The position numbers and the translations under genes were made by a program. Positions 41,033-50,640 of a stretch of DNA of 64,000 nucleotides are shown in pieces. Origin of the DNA: Candidatus Woesearchaeota archaeon (GTDB lineage: Archaea; Nanobdellota; Nanobdellia; SCGC-AAA011-G17; JACPNG01); NCBI GenBank assembly GCA_016185605.1, contig JACPNG010000009.1:53838-117837 (forward strand), in the 5' to 3' direction. A model generated the notes under the pieces. That model was not told where the DNA came from. It worked only from the letters and a program-made list of their open reading frames with translations, and did no database searches. Position 1 is the first letter of the stretch. Each line of letters opens with the position of its first letter.

Positions 41033-41187
41033 AATAGGGTATATATGAAAGGTGATATAGAACTACTCTGTCCAAATATCATTAGAATACTAACTAATAA
41101 AAGCATAATCAGTATAGGAAGTAACCACCATTTTTTATTCTCTTTCATAAAACCCCATGAGTCTCTTAAAAGATAAAATCTAGTCAT
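41029..41187 (-). CDS. DUF5989 (SxtK-like) small membrane protein, 52 aa
   Basis: Below the ORF-track cutoff. MTRFYLLRDSWGFMKENKKWWLLPILIMLLLVSILMIFGQSSSISPFIYTLF*, with the family's KKWWLLP and PFIYTLF motifs. Confidence 0.88.
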   Translation of the reverse strand: MTRFYLLRDSWGFMKENKKWWLLPILIMLLLVSILMIFGQSSSISPFIYTLF

Positions 41188-41205
41188 ATCATTCTAATAA
41201 ATCAA

Positions 41206-42882
41206 TCATTTATTAATCTTTTCAATCAAAAAATTATCCATAACCAAAACATCTATTCCTGTATTAATAAAACAATTGTATGCATTTTTTGGACTACAAA
41301 CAATAGGTTCTCCTCTAACATTAAATGAGGTATTAATTAATATTGGAATTTTACTTATTTTTTTAAATTCTTTTATCAAATTATAAAATTTAGGATTATA
41401 TCTCTCTTCAATGGTTTGTAGTCTAGCTGTATTATCAAAATGAGTTACAGCTGGGATTTTTTTACTTTTAACATCACAAACTAAGGTCATAAATGGGTCA
41501 TATTGCTTAATATTAAAATAATGATGGACCTCTTCTTTTAGAGCAGTAGGAGCAAAAGGTCTAAAATCTTCCCTATGTTTAACCTTATTATTTAATCTAT
41601 ATTTCATGTCTTTATTGGTCGGATTTGCTAATATGCTTCTATTTCCTAACGCTCTTGGACCAAACTCCATTCTTCCTTGAAACCACCCAATTATTCTATT
41701 GTTGTTTATTAGCCTAGCAACTCTTTTTAGTAGTTCTTTTTCTTCTAGTTCTTCAAATTTTATATTATTATTTATTAAGAAATCCCTTATCTCTGTATTA
41801 GAAAAACTAGGACCTAAATAAACATGTTCTATGGTCTTTCTTTTGTTTTTTAGTATAACATTATAAATATAATAAGCAACGCCTAAAGCTCCCCCGGAGT
41901 CTCCAGCAGCTGGTTGTATAAATATTTCTTTAAACTTAGTTCTTTTTAATATTTCAGTGTTAGCAACACAATTTAATGCTATACCGCCACCAATACAAAG
42001 TTTATCTAATTTAGTTTGTTCATAAACATAATCTGATATCTTAATTATAATATCTTCTAATAATTTTTGAAGGGATGCTGCTAAGTCTTTATGTTTTTGT
42101 TCTATTTTTGATTCTGGAATCCTAGATTTCCAAAATTCTTTTTCCAATTTCTCGTTAAACATCTTCAATTTATAAGAATAAGCAAAATAATCCCGATTAA
42201 GTCTATAACTGCCATCTTCATTTATATCTATTAATTTCTTTAATCTATTATAATATATCGGCTTGCCATAAGAAGCTAATCCCATTATCTTATATTCATC
42301 ATTATTAACTTTAAAACCTAAAAAAGATGTAATTGTAGAATAAAACAATCCTAAAGAATCTGGAAAATTAATTTCTTTCAATAATTTAATTTCATTATTT
42401 TTGCCATAACCATAACTTGTAGTTGTCCATTCACCAACTGCATCTAATGTTAAAATTGCCGCTTCTTTAAATGGAGATACTAAAAAAGTGGATGCTGCAT
42501 GACTCATATGATGTTTTATAAAGATAATTTTCCCATTATACTTTAGTTTCTTTCTTATTAAAGTAGGAATTCTTAATTTTTCAGTTAACCAAGAAGGCAT
42601 GGCTTTGCAAAAGCTCCAATATGATTTTGGAAATGTATCAATATAAGTTGAAATTAATCTATCAAACTTTAATATCGGCTTTTCATAAAATCCAATGTAT
42701 TCTATATCATTTATGTCAATTTTTGCCTCTTCTAAACAATATTTTATTGAATTAATTGGAAAAGAGTTATCATGCTTTTTTCTAGTAAATCTCTCTTCTT
42801 CTACTGCAGCTATTATATCATTATTTTTGATCAAGCATGCAGCTGCATCATGATAAAAACAAGATATTCCCAGTATATACAT
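41206..42882 (-). CDS. O-carbamoyltransferase (NodU/CmcH/SxtI family)
   Basis: YHDAAA, EEERFTRKKH, HH.SHA, EYKIMGLASYG, GPRALGNRSILA, NTSFNVRGEPIV. Confidence 0.95.
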   Translation of the reverse strand: MYILGISCFYHDAAACLIKNNDIIAAVEEERFTRKKHDNSFPINSIKYCLEEAKIDINDIEYIGFYEKPILKFDRLISTYIDTFPKSYWSFCKAMPSWLTEKLRIPTLIRKKLKYNGKIIFIKHHMSHAASTFLVSPFKEAAILTLDAVGEWTTTSYGYGKNNEIKLLKEINFPDSLGLFYSTITSFLGFKVNNDEYKIMGLASYGKPIYYNRLKKLIDINEDGSYRLNRDYFAYSYKLKMFNEKLEKEFWKSRIPESKIEQKHKDLAASLQKLLEDIIIKISDYVYEQTKLDKLCIGGGIALNCVANTEILKRTKFKEIFIQPAAGDSGGALGVAYYIYNVILKNKRKTIEHVYLGPSFSNTEIRDFLINNNIKFEELEEKELLKRVARLINNNRIIGWFQGRMEFGPRALGNRSILANPTNKDMKYRLNNKVKHREDFRPFAPTALKEEVHHYFNIKQYDPFMTLVCDVKSKKIPAVTHFDNTARLQTIEERYNPKFYNLIKEFKKISKIPILINTSFNVRGEPIVCSPKNAYNCFINTGIDVLVMDNFLIEKINK

Positions 42883-42883
42883 T

Positions 42884-43111
42884 TTAAAACATTTTATAAT
42901 GACTTTTATTTTCCCTGTATTCTCTCCAATAAGTACATTTATTGTTTGAATCTAGAAATTTTTTATTAGATATTTTAGCAAATAAACTTACTATTCCTAT
43001 GCCTATAAAATAAACAAAAGTCAATAGTATTATATTTATAATAAACTGGATAAATAAACTTATTCTCTTAAATAAATCTAATAAACTTTTGAAAATATTT
43101 CTCATCATCAT
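42884..43111 (-). CDS. SxtJ-like small membrane protein
   Basis: N.ILLTFVYF.GIG TM, TYW and terminal F; directly upstream of the carbamoyltransferase. Confidence 0.65.
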   Translation of the reverse strand: MMMRNIFKSLLDLFKRISLFIQFIINIILLTFVYFIGIGIVSLFAKISNKKFLDSNNKCTYWREYRENKSHYKMF

Positions 43112-43113
43112 TT

Positions 43114-44538
43114 CTAAGGTAGCTTATAAATATAAGTTTTATCATTATATACTTTGGTATAACCACAATCTAATTTCGTTTGAGATAATATAAAATCTAT
43201 ATCATATCTTTTAATTATATTTGTCTTTTCATCACAGTCTACTTCATAAAATCTTCTAACCATATCTATATTTCCACTCAATAAATTACCTTTTGTATGT
43301 GCAATAACAAGATTCTTGCTTATTGGATAAATAGCACTAGATTGAGGTAATGGTGACATAATTACCTTACTCTTAAATTGTGATAATAATTTTATCGCTT
43401 CATAATCTTTATCTTCAACAACATGATATAAACCAGAATCCTTATCTAAGTTGTAGTAATTAAAAAATGTGAAATAAAAAACAATTAATAGTATGATTGG
43501 AATTAACCAAACTAATTTACCTTTTAAAACACCCAATAGGGAGTATAAACCAATAGAAGATAAAGGAACTAACCCAATCATAGCATAATAAAGTACTCTC
43601 TGATAAGGGAATAAAATACTAAATCCAAAATTATGAAATAAAAATATTAAAGATAAAGTAATAAATGAGATTATAAGAAAAATTCTTGAGTTTTTATTCT
43701 TAATACTTGGATAGATTCCGATAAATGCTAATAATGTTGGAATTATTCCATAGAATGACGGTAAAAAATATTGTTTTTCAACATATCCCCAACCTTCTTC
43801 TATTATTAGCCAATCTAATAAAAGATTAAAGATTTCCGAATTTTCCCTAATTAGGATAAATAATAATATAATGATTGATGTTGGAATTATCATCAAAAAT
43901 ATGGATAATGGTCTAAAATTTTCAATCTCTTTATGATGTAATAATAAATAGATAAAACTAACAATTAATAATAAAATTAATGATATTGCATGTACAAATA
44001 AAAGTAGAATCAACGGGATAACGCTATAAAAAAAATATTTTATTTTATTCTCCTCAAAGTATTTTAAGAAAAATAAAAAATAAAGGAATATAATGGGAAT
44101 TGCTAAGGTTAATGGCAGAAAGAACCATAACCCCTGTATGTTTATATTACTTTTTAAAGATGAAAAAAATAATATTGAAAATAATCCAATATAGAAATTA
44201 CTTGTTATTTGATGAACTAATAAAAATAAGATAAAAGCTGCAAGAGTTGCAAAAATAGCCGGAAGAAATTTATAACCCATAATTGGATCAATAAATCTGA
44301 ATAAAAAAGACAAAAATACAGTAAATCCCGGCTCAAGGTTTGGCTGAAATGGTTTATCTACTAAATTCGGGTTTCTTTGCAATTCTTTTGTTTCTGAAAA
44401 ATAAACAGCTTTAGAAATATGTTGCCATTCATCCACATGTAAAGGATATTTATAATCAGAATGCGGGCTATAAACCAAGATAAAAATTAATATTAAAGCT
44501 ATTATTAATAAAGTATATTCATATTTCTTAAATTTCAT
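43114..44538 (-). CDS. GT-C-like polytopic membrane protein
   Basis: YPLHVDEWQH (DE after TM1), about 11 TMs, C-terminal soluble domain. Confidence 0.7.
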   Translation of the reverse strand: MKFKKYEYTLLIIALILIFILVYSPHSDYKYPLHVDEWQHISKAVYFSETKELQRNPNLVDKPFQPNLEPGFTVFLSFLFRFIDPIMGYKFLPAIFATLAAFILFLLVHQITSNFYIGLFSILFFSSLKSNINIQGLWFFLPLTLAIPIIFLYFLFFLKYFEENKIKYFFYSVIPLILLLFVHAISLILLLIVSFIYLLLHHKEIENFRPLSIFLMIIPTSIIILLFILIRENSEIFNLLLDWLIIEEGWGYVEKQYFLPSFYGIIPTLLAFIGIYPSIKNKNSRIFLIISFITLSLIFLFHNFGFSILFPYQRVLYYAMIGLVPLSSIGLYSLLGVLKGKLVWLIPIILLIVFYFTFFNYYNLDKDSGLYHVVEDKDYEAIKLLSQFKSKVIMSPLPQSSAIYPISKNLVIAHTKGNLLSGNIDMVRRFYEVDCDEKTNIIKRYDIDFILSQTKLDCGYTKVYNDKTYIYKLP

Positions 44539-44541
44539 ATT

Positions 44542-45252
44542 TTAATCTTCTTCTAAGCTCTTTAGTTTATTAATTAAGACTCCAAGTTCGTTTATGGTTT
44601 TTTTAATAAAATTGTTTAATTCAGTTTCTTTTAAATTTTTAAATTTTAAATCAACATTTCTAAATGCCAATTTAAATATTTTCTTGATATCTTCTTGTTG
44701 AATAGTTTGTATTACTTCTTCAATAAGCTGAATTACATTCTCTTTTTTTTTAAAAAGCGCTATATCTACTTTTCTTATTAAATATGATATATCATATAAA
44801 TCCTTGAATTCTTTTCTATTAACAAACGTTAGTGCTTTAGTGATAAAAATTCTTTCTGTAGGATAAAGATTAAGTTGCCCAACTTTAATTAAATTTTTGG
44901 GTAACTCTACAAAATCAATATCTATCTTACTATAAATTATTTTATGTGTTTTCAATTCTAATTTTATATGGTATCTATTAGTAGATGCAAAAGCAGATTT
45001 TGTTATCTTAAAATCTTTTACTATTTGTTTCCGTTTTAATCGTTCTAAGATTGCAGTAAGGTAATTTTGTATTTCCTTATACTTTTTAATTAGATGTTTA
45101 TCTGCATCAAAATCAAGATCTTCTGATTCTCTATGACTATTTAGATAATAGATTGATAATGCTGTTCCGCCTTTTAATACTAAATCAAATGGATTATCTT
45201 TTTCTACTTCCAGAAGAAATTCTCTTATTATATTTAATATTCTAGACGCCAT
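44542..45252 (-). CDS. AbiEii/AbiGii-family nucleotidyltransferase toxin
   Basis: LKGGTAL, HRESEDLDF, K...R.E.KDLYD. Confidence 0.9.
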   Translation of the reverse strand: MASRILNIIREFLLEVEKDNPFDLVLKGGTALSIYYLNSHRESEDLDFDADKHLIKKYKEIQNYLTAILERLKRKQIVKDFKITKSAFASTNRYHIKLELKTHKIIYSKIDIDFVELPKNLIKVGQLNLYPTERIFITKALTFVNRKEFKDLYDISYLIRKVDIALFKKKENVIQLIEEVIQTIQQEDIKKIFKLAFRNVDLKFKNLKETELNNFIKKTINELGVLINKLKSLEED

Positions 45253-45844
45253 ATTTTGAATAATCTATTTTTTGTTTTGGTAAGATATTTTTAAACTTAT
45301 CAATATTTTTTACAAACATATTTTTGTATCTTGCAAGCATCTGTATCCATACATTTTCTGTGTATTTATTCTTAGTAAAGGCTATATCTTTAATGATCTG
45401 CTCATTGGTTGCATATTTTAAGCCTGATTCTTTATCTATGACTATTTTACTGCTCTTTATTGACTTTATTCTTATGAACTTAATGGTTTTGTCATTTAAA
45501 GTAACAGTCCCTTCTACTTTTGTGTTTATTATTTCAACTATCTTAGGCTTAAAATACCAACCATATCCATTATGTTTTAAGGCTTCTAAACCAGTTATAT
45601 AATAAGAGCCAATTATGTCTAGCAATATCAAATAGTTATCTTTTAGTTGTTCTATGCTCATAAAACTTTGTAGTAATGTAATTTTCTTCTTCATTTTCCC
45701 CCTTAGATATCTCTTTTCATTTTCTGTTAATTTTTTGCCATTGTCAAGCTTTTTGATTACATTAAATTGTACAGGTTTAAATAGAGTTGGAACTATCAAA
45801 TCTTCTTCTTCTACTATCCAATGTATTATTCTTTGGTTTATCAT
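45242..45844 (-). CDS. Putative AbiEi-like antitoxin (type IV TA)
   Basis: Overlaps and precedes the AbiEii gene; YYITGLEALKHNG resembles the AbiEi core. Confidence 0.6.
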   Translation of the reverse strand: MINQRIIHWIVEEEDLIVPTLFKPVQFNVIKKLDNGKKLTENEKRYLRGKMKKKITLLQSFMSIEQLKDNYLILLDIIGSYYITGLEALKHNGYGWYFKPKIVEIINTKVEGTVTLNDKTIKFIRIKSIKSSKIVIDKESGLKYATNEQIIKDIAFTKNKYTENVWIQMLARYKNMFVKNIDKFKNILPKQKIDYSKYGV

Positions 45845-46033
45845 AGGATATAAAAATATCCTTATATATTTAAATGTTTCTAGGGAAGATTAATCAAAAG
45901 TTATAAGTTTTGGTCATATTACATATAAATCAAGTATAAATTACATTTATTATAAGTATTATAACTCAATATAGTCACCTTTATAAACAATTTATACATA
46001 CATAATGAGTATAATTTATATTAATACTTAAGA

Positions 46034-46579
46034 ATGAGAAAAAAAGAGACAAAACATAATAGCTCTTATTATTCAGATTTACAAAAAGATAGAAATCTAG
46101 AGATTCTTAAATTAGCCATAAACGAGTTAAAGGAGAAGTATAATTTAAATTATAGTGAGATTCTTAGTTTAATTAAGGAAGAGCCTAAAGAATTAGAAAT
46201 TCCAATTTCTGCATTCTCTAATAAAAAATTAAGCACTTTAGAAATTATATGCAAATATCTAAAGGAAATCAGAAATCTCAAATATCATGATATTGCTATT
46301 TTAATAAGAAGAGATGACAGGACTATATGGACTACTTATCAAAACTCCCTTAAGAAATTTTCAGATCCTTTAGTAATAGAAAAATCTGAAATTTTTATTC
46401 CCGTCTCAGTTTTTGCTAATAGAAATTTCTCTTCATTAGAGGCTTTAATTGTTTTCCTAAAAGAAGTTTCCAAATTACGATATAATGAGATTGCCAAATT
46501 GCTGAAGAAAGATCAACGTAATATCTGGACCGTTTACAACAGAGCAATCAAAAAAAGAGGTGTAAATGAGAAAGGTTGA
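46034..46579 (+). CDS. Tandem-HTH putative regulator (two sigma-70 region 4-like repeats)
   Basis: IPISAFSN..LSTLE..LKE..LKYHDIA.L..RDDRTIWTTY is repeated as IPVSVFAN..FSSLE..LKE..LRYNEIAKL..KDQRNIWTVY. Confidence 0.7.
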   Translation: MRKKETKHNSSYYSDLQKDRNLEILKLAINELKEKYNLNYSEILSLIKEEPKELEIPISAFSNKKLSTLEIICKYLKEIRNLKYHDIAILIRRDDRTIWTTYQNSLKKFSDPLVIEKSEIFIPVSVFANRNFSSLEALIVFLKEVSKLRYNEIAKLLKKDQRNIWTVYNRAIKKRGVNEKG

Positions 46580-49550
46580 GCTAGAAATAACTAGCTACAG
46601 AAAGAGAATAGAGAATCTAAATAGTAAGATTCAGCTATCTCAATCTAAGAAGAGAGAGATTATTGAATATGTAAAGAGATTGACATTGCTACATCATAAA
46701 TCTAAGATTAGCAATGAGCAGTATAACATAGAGCTATACAGATTCTTAAAAGGAAGTTCTTATGACGAATGGATTAGATATTATGATTCTTATATTAATG
46801 AATGCCATAAAGAAATATCTAATTATAGTAGAGAGATTAATAGATACAAGACAAAAGAGATAATATCAAATAAAGTCATTAATACAGTTTCAAGCCCGTA
46901 CTTCATAATTTTTGCTTTATTAACTATAACATTTGGATTCTTCTTGTTTACAGGAACAACTCCATTTGAACCAACTGGACTAGTCATAGGAAATGTGACA
47001 TTTAATCAAACAAATATTGAATATTTAATCGGAAATAATTTGTCAGATGTAAATGTTACATTAGAATTGAAGAGGAATGATTTAATTCCAGCTGGGTCTA
47101 ATGTAACTGTTATGATTATAAATGAAAATTCATTAATATTAAACATTTCATCAATGAACCTAACAGACTTTATATTGAATTCAACTATTCCATTATGTAC
47201 AAATGGAACTATAGATGTATTGAATGATGTAGATAATGTATATAATTGGGAGGGTGAAACTGCCTATGGTTATGCCCACAATGATACACAATCTGGAGAT
47301 CTAAGTTTCTCATTATGTAATGATGGAGACCCTAATTCCAATATCTATGATGTAAATTTAAGAGAGTTCTTTGAAGGAGGAGATCCAACAGTTCCAAGTG
47401 AGATTGGAATTTATAATATATCTATGAATATCACAAATCAGAGTGATCCCGGAGAAGAACAGGTTGTATTTACAACACAATTATTTGTAGTTGGAAATCC
47501 AGCACCAATATTTGATGAAGTAAGCAACTTTACATTGAATGAAGACTTTGCAACAGCGATAGAATTAAACTTAAGCGATAATGTAACTGATGCAATAGAA
47601 TTAGATAGAGATATAAATTATACTATAACATTAACAGATTCTAGTGTTATAACAGCAGAGTTTGATCTTATTAATGGAACTGGGAATCTAACATTTAGAA
47701 GTGTTGCTAATGTTACAGGAGAAACAAATGTAAATGTAACTGTATATGATTTGAATGGAACTGGGGTAACAAATAGTACCCTATTTACAGTAACAATTAA
47801 TGCAGTAAATGATCCTCCTGGATTAGCTACTATAGCTGACTTTAGTTTGAATGAGGACTTTACAATATTTGAATTGAATATTAGTGAGAATCTAACTGAT
47901 ATAGATGATCCACATAGAGATATTAATTATACTTCAACAAGTTCAGATACGTCTGTAATAACAGTACAAATTGAGAATGGAACTGGAAACTTGACATTCT
48001 TCTCTGTAGCTAATGCTACCGGAAGTTCAACAATCAATATAACAGCATATGATAATAATGGTAGTGTTACAGATGGATTAAATGACAGTAAAGAATTTGT
48101 TATAACAGTAAATGCTGTAAATGACAATCCTTTATTCAATGATATAGGAAACTTCTCAATAACAGAAGACTCTCAACTGCAAGAACTAAACATTTCATTA
48201 AATATTTCAGATGTTGATGATCCTCACAGGGATTTGAATTACACAATATTTGAGAATAATTCTTTATTCTCTATATTGGCAGTAGAGAACGGAACAGGAA
48301 ACTTCACTTATCAACCATCTGGAAATGTAACAGGAACAACTACAATTAATATAACAGTAATAGATTCAAATGGAACTGGATTAATAGAATCAGATACATT
48401 TGACTTGACAATAAATGCCGTTAATGACAAGCCATTATTTGATGCTATAGCAGACATTGACTTGGATGCAAACTTCGCAACATTTGAAATTAATCTAAGC
48501 GATAATGTAACTGATGTGGAAGATCCAGACTCGCAGCTTAATTATACTATTGAAAATAATAATTCAGCCGCATTAACAACAGAATTTGATTTGATTAATG
48601 GAACTGGGAATTTGACAATAAGAGCAGTTCAAGATGTACAAAATACTAATGCAACCATTAACATAACATTATATGACCAAAATGGAGAAGCAGGATATGA
48701 AATAGAAAGCGATGAATTTATTATAACAATAGGGTCAATAACGAATGTGGCTCCAGAAATAACATTCTTATCTGAAAACGTCAATTCAACATTCGATCCA
48801 TTAGAAGGAGACATTAGAAATATAGAGTTTAGTGTTATAATAAATGATTCTGATGGAGATGCTGACATAGGAAATGTTACAGCTAACTTTACGCAAGGGA
48901 CTATTCTAAGAGAGAATATAACAATGTGTGTTCCAGAAGAGACAGGAACAGACACATTTAGCGTCAATTTCTCATGCACTATAGGATTGCAATACTTTGA
49001 CCTTAATGGAGATTATATAATAAACATAGAAGCGAATGATTCACAGGGAGTGACTGCTATTAACAATACTATTACATTGACATATAATCTATTGACTGCA
49101 ATGAATTTAAGTGTAAATGCATTGACATTATCAACTGCAAATCCAGACGACCAAAATATAACAAACAGCACAGACACTAGTTTCTTGAACATAACAAATA
49201 CAGGAAACCAGCCTGGATTGAATATTAGTGTAAATGCATCTGATCTAGGAAATGAAACTACAATATTTACAATACCAGCAGAGAACTTTACATTTGGAAA
49301 TATTAGCATAGATTATACTGGGAGTTCATTCGCTGAATGTATGGATTCTACAATAGATGATCCATTGAATCAAACAACAAATCTTGTAAATGCCACTCTA
49401 ACTTCAGTTAATGGAATAATAGAAAGAGGGGCTGGAGAAACTAGTTCATTATACTTATGCCTAAGGCATGTTCCAGCTGGAATTCCAGGAGTAGCATATA
49501 GCACCTCATTGGGCGGGTCTTGGAGCATACAAGTAGCTCTTGAACCATAA
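46566..49550 (+). CDS. Large membrane-anchored surface protein: cytoplasmic N-domain, TM, four cadherin/Ig-like repeats and a C-terminal module paralogous to the next gene
   Basis: Repeats end in NAVND.P and contain NGTGN(L/F)T; acidic and very rich in N-X-S/T sequons. Confidence 0.8.
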   Translation: MRKVELEITSYRKRIENLNSKIQLSQSKKREIIEYVKRLTLLHHKSKISNEQYNIELYRFLKGSSYDEWIRYYDSYINECHKEISNYSREINRYKTKEIISNKVINTVSSPYFIIFALLTITFGFFLFTGTTPFEPTGLVIGNVTFNQTNIEYLIGNNLSDVNVTLELKRNDLIPAGSNVTVMIINENSLILNISSMNLTDFILNSTIPLCTNGTIDVLNDVDNVYNWEGETAYGYAHNDTQSGDLSFSLCNDGDPNSNIYDVNLREFFEGGDPTVPSEIGIYNISMNITNQSDPGEEQVVFTTQLFVVGNPAPIFDEVSNFTLNEDFATAIELNLSDNVTDAIELDRDINYTITLTDSSVITAEFDLINGTGNLTFRSVANVTGETNVNVTVYDLNGTGVTNSTLFTVTINAVNDPPGLATIADFSLNEDFTIFELNISENLTDIDDPHRDINYTSTSSDTSVITVQIENGTGNLTFFSVANATGSSTINITAYDNNGSVTDGLNDSKEFVITVNAVNDNPLFNDIGNFSITEDSQLQELNISLNISDVDDPHRDLNYTIFENNSLFSILAVENGTGNFTYQPSGNVTGTTTINITVIDSNGTGLIESDTFDLTINAVNDKPLFDAIADIDLDANFATFEINLSDNVTDVEDPDSQLNYTIENNNSAALTTEFDLINGTGNLTIRAVQDVQNTNATINITLYDQNGEAGYEIESDEFIITIGSITNVAPEITFLSENVNSTFDPLEGDIRNIEFSVIINDSDGDADIGNVTANFTQGTILRENITMCVPEETGTDTFSVNFSCTIGLQYFDLNGDYIINIEANDSQGVTAINNTITLTYNLLTAMNLSVNALTLSTANPDDQNITNSTDTSFLNITNTGNQPGLNISVNASDLGNETTIFTIPAENFTFGNISIDYTGSSFAECMDSTIDDPLNQTTNLVNATLTSVNGIIERGAGETSSLYLCLRHVPAGIPGVAYSTSLGGSWSIQVALEP

Positions 49551-49583
49551 ATAATTAAATAAAATAGAGAATAAACGATAATA

Positions 49584-49640
49584 AAGTTTATATATAAATA
49601 ATCAATTATAAATGGGATAAAATACAATAAGTTTATATAT
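49584..49640 (+). promoter_or_regulatory. Two TATA-like boxes upstream of the small secreted subunit
   Basis: AAGTTTATATAT at 49584-49595 and 49629-49640. Confidence 0.45.
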
Positions 49641-49658
49641 TAAAAAGAGATAGCAAAA

Positions 49659-50633
49659 ATGATGAATATACAAAAAGGGGATTTTCTATTTATATTTATC
49701 ATAATGGGTGTTTTAATTTTCCTTCCTTTAGCATCTGCTGGATTCTCAGATTGGTTTTCAGGATTAATGGACATAACTGGCTGGCCTGTTGGAGATGTGA
49801 CAACTGTTTCAATAGCATTATCCAATGCTGCTCCAAATGTTAGCGAGGTATCTGCAAATGTAAATTCCTCATTTGATCCTATTGAGGGCGGTTTAAGAGA
49901 GGTTGAATTTACAGTTATAGTGAATGACACAAATGGGGATGCTGATATACAAAATGCTTCAGCCAACTTTACCCAAGGAACTACAGAAAGAGTTAATGGT
50001 ACTTGTGAAAGAGGAGATGTTGGAACAGATAGCGCCAGCGCTAATTTTTCATGTACTATTTCTCTGCAATATTTTAATCCTAATGGAGATTATATAATAA
50101 GGGTTGAGGCAAATGATTCATCTGGACTAGGAGATATAAATAATACTTTAACATTAACATATAATCTATTAACAGCAATGAACTTGTCAGTAAATGCATT
50201 GACATTGGCAGCAGCAGATCCTGACGAATATAATATTACAAATAATTCAGCCACTGACTTCTTGAATATTGAAAATACAGGAAATCAGGCTGGATTGAAT
50301 TTAAGCGTGAATGCATCTGATTTAGGAACAACAAATGCCCAAGCAGGTGCAAATGATTTTATTCCAGCTGAGAACTTTACATTTGCTAACATAAGCATTG
50401 ATTATGACGGGGTGTCAAAAGCAGAATGCATGGATTCTACTTTAGATGGAAATCAAACTACTAATTTGGTTAATGCTACTCTAACAGCTGTTACTGGAAT
50501 AATTGATAGGGGAGCAGCCCAATCAAGTTCATTATATCTATGTTTAGTTCATGTTCCAGCTGGTATTGGGGCATATACTTATGACACAACAAGAGGAGGA
50601 TCATGGAGTGTATTGGTAGCTTCTGAGCCATAA
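49659..50633 (+). CDS. Secreted surface protein (candidate major subunit), paralog of the C-terminal ~270 aa of 46566-49550
   Basis: Signal peptide ending ASA, no C-terminal anchor, four conserved Cys, ends YLCLVHVPAG...GGSWSVLVASEP. Confidence 0.75.
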   Translation: MMNIQKGDFLFIFIIMGVLIFLPLASAGFSDWFSGLMDITGWPVGDVTTVSIALSNAAPNVSEVSANVNSSFDPIEGGLREVEFTVIVNDTNGDADIQNASANFTQGTTERVNGTCERGDVGTDSASANFSCTISLQYFNPNGDYIIRVEANDSSGLGDINNTLTLTYNLLTAMNLSVNALTLAAADPDEYNITNNSATDFLNIENTGNQAGLNLSVNASDLGTTNAQAGANDFIPAENFTFANISIDYDGVSKAECMDSTLDGNQTTNLVNATLTAVTGIIDRGAAQSSSLYLCLVHVPAGIGAYTYDTTRGGSWSVLVASEP

Positions 50634-50640
50634 ATAAATA

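Noticed and set aside
41029-43111. Saxitoxin biosynthesis
   Set aside because: Only the sxtI/J/K-like accessory trio is present; no sxtA, sxtG or other core genes, and the context is glycan synthesis.
45845-46033. Operator repeats upstream of the surface operon (TTATAAGT, AGTATAA)
   Set aside because: Too short and AT-rich to distinguish from background by eye.
48741-50633. Diversity-generating retroelement template/variable repeat pair
   Set aside because: Both copies are coding, differences are not adenine-specific, and no reverse transcriptase is in the window.
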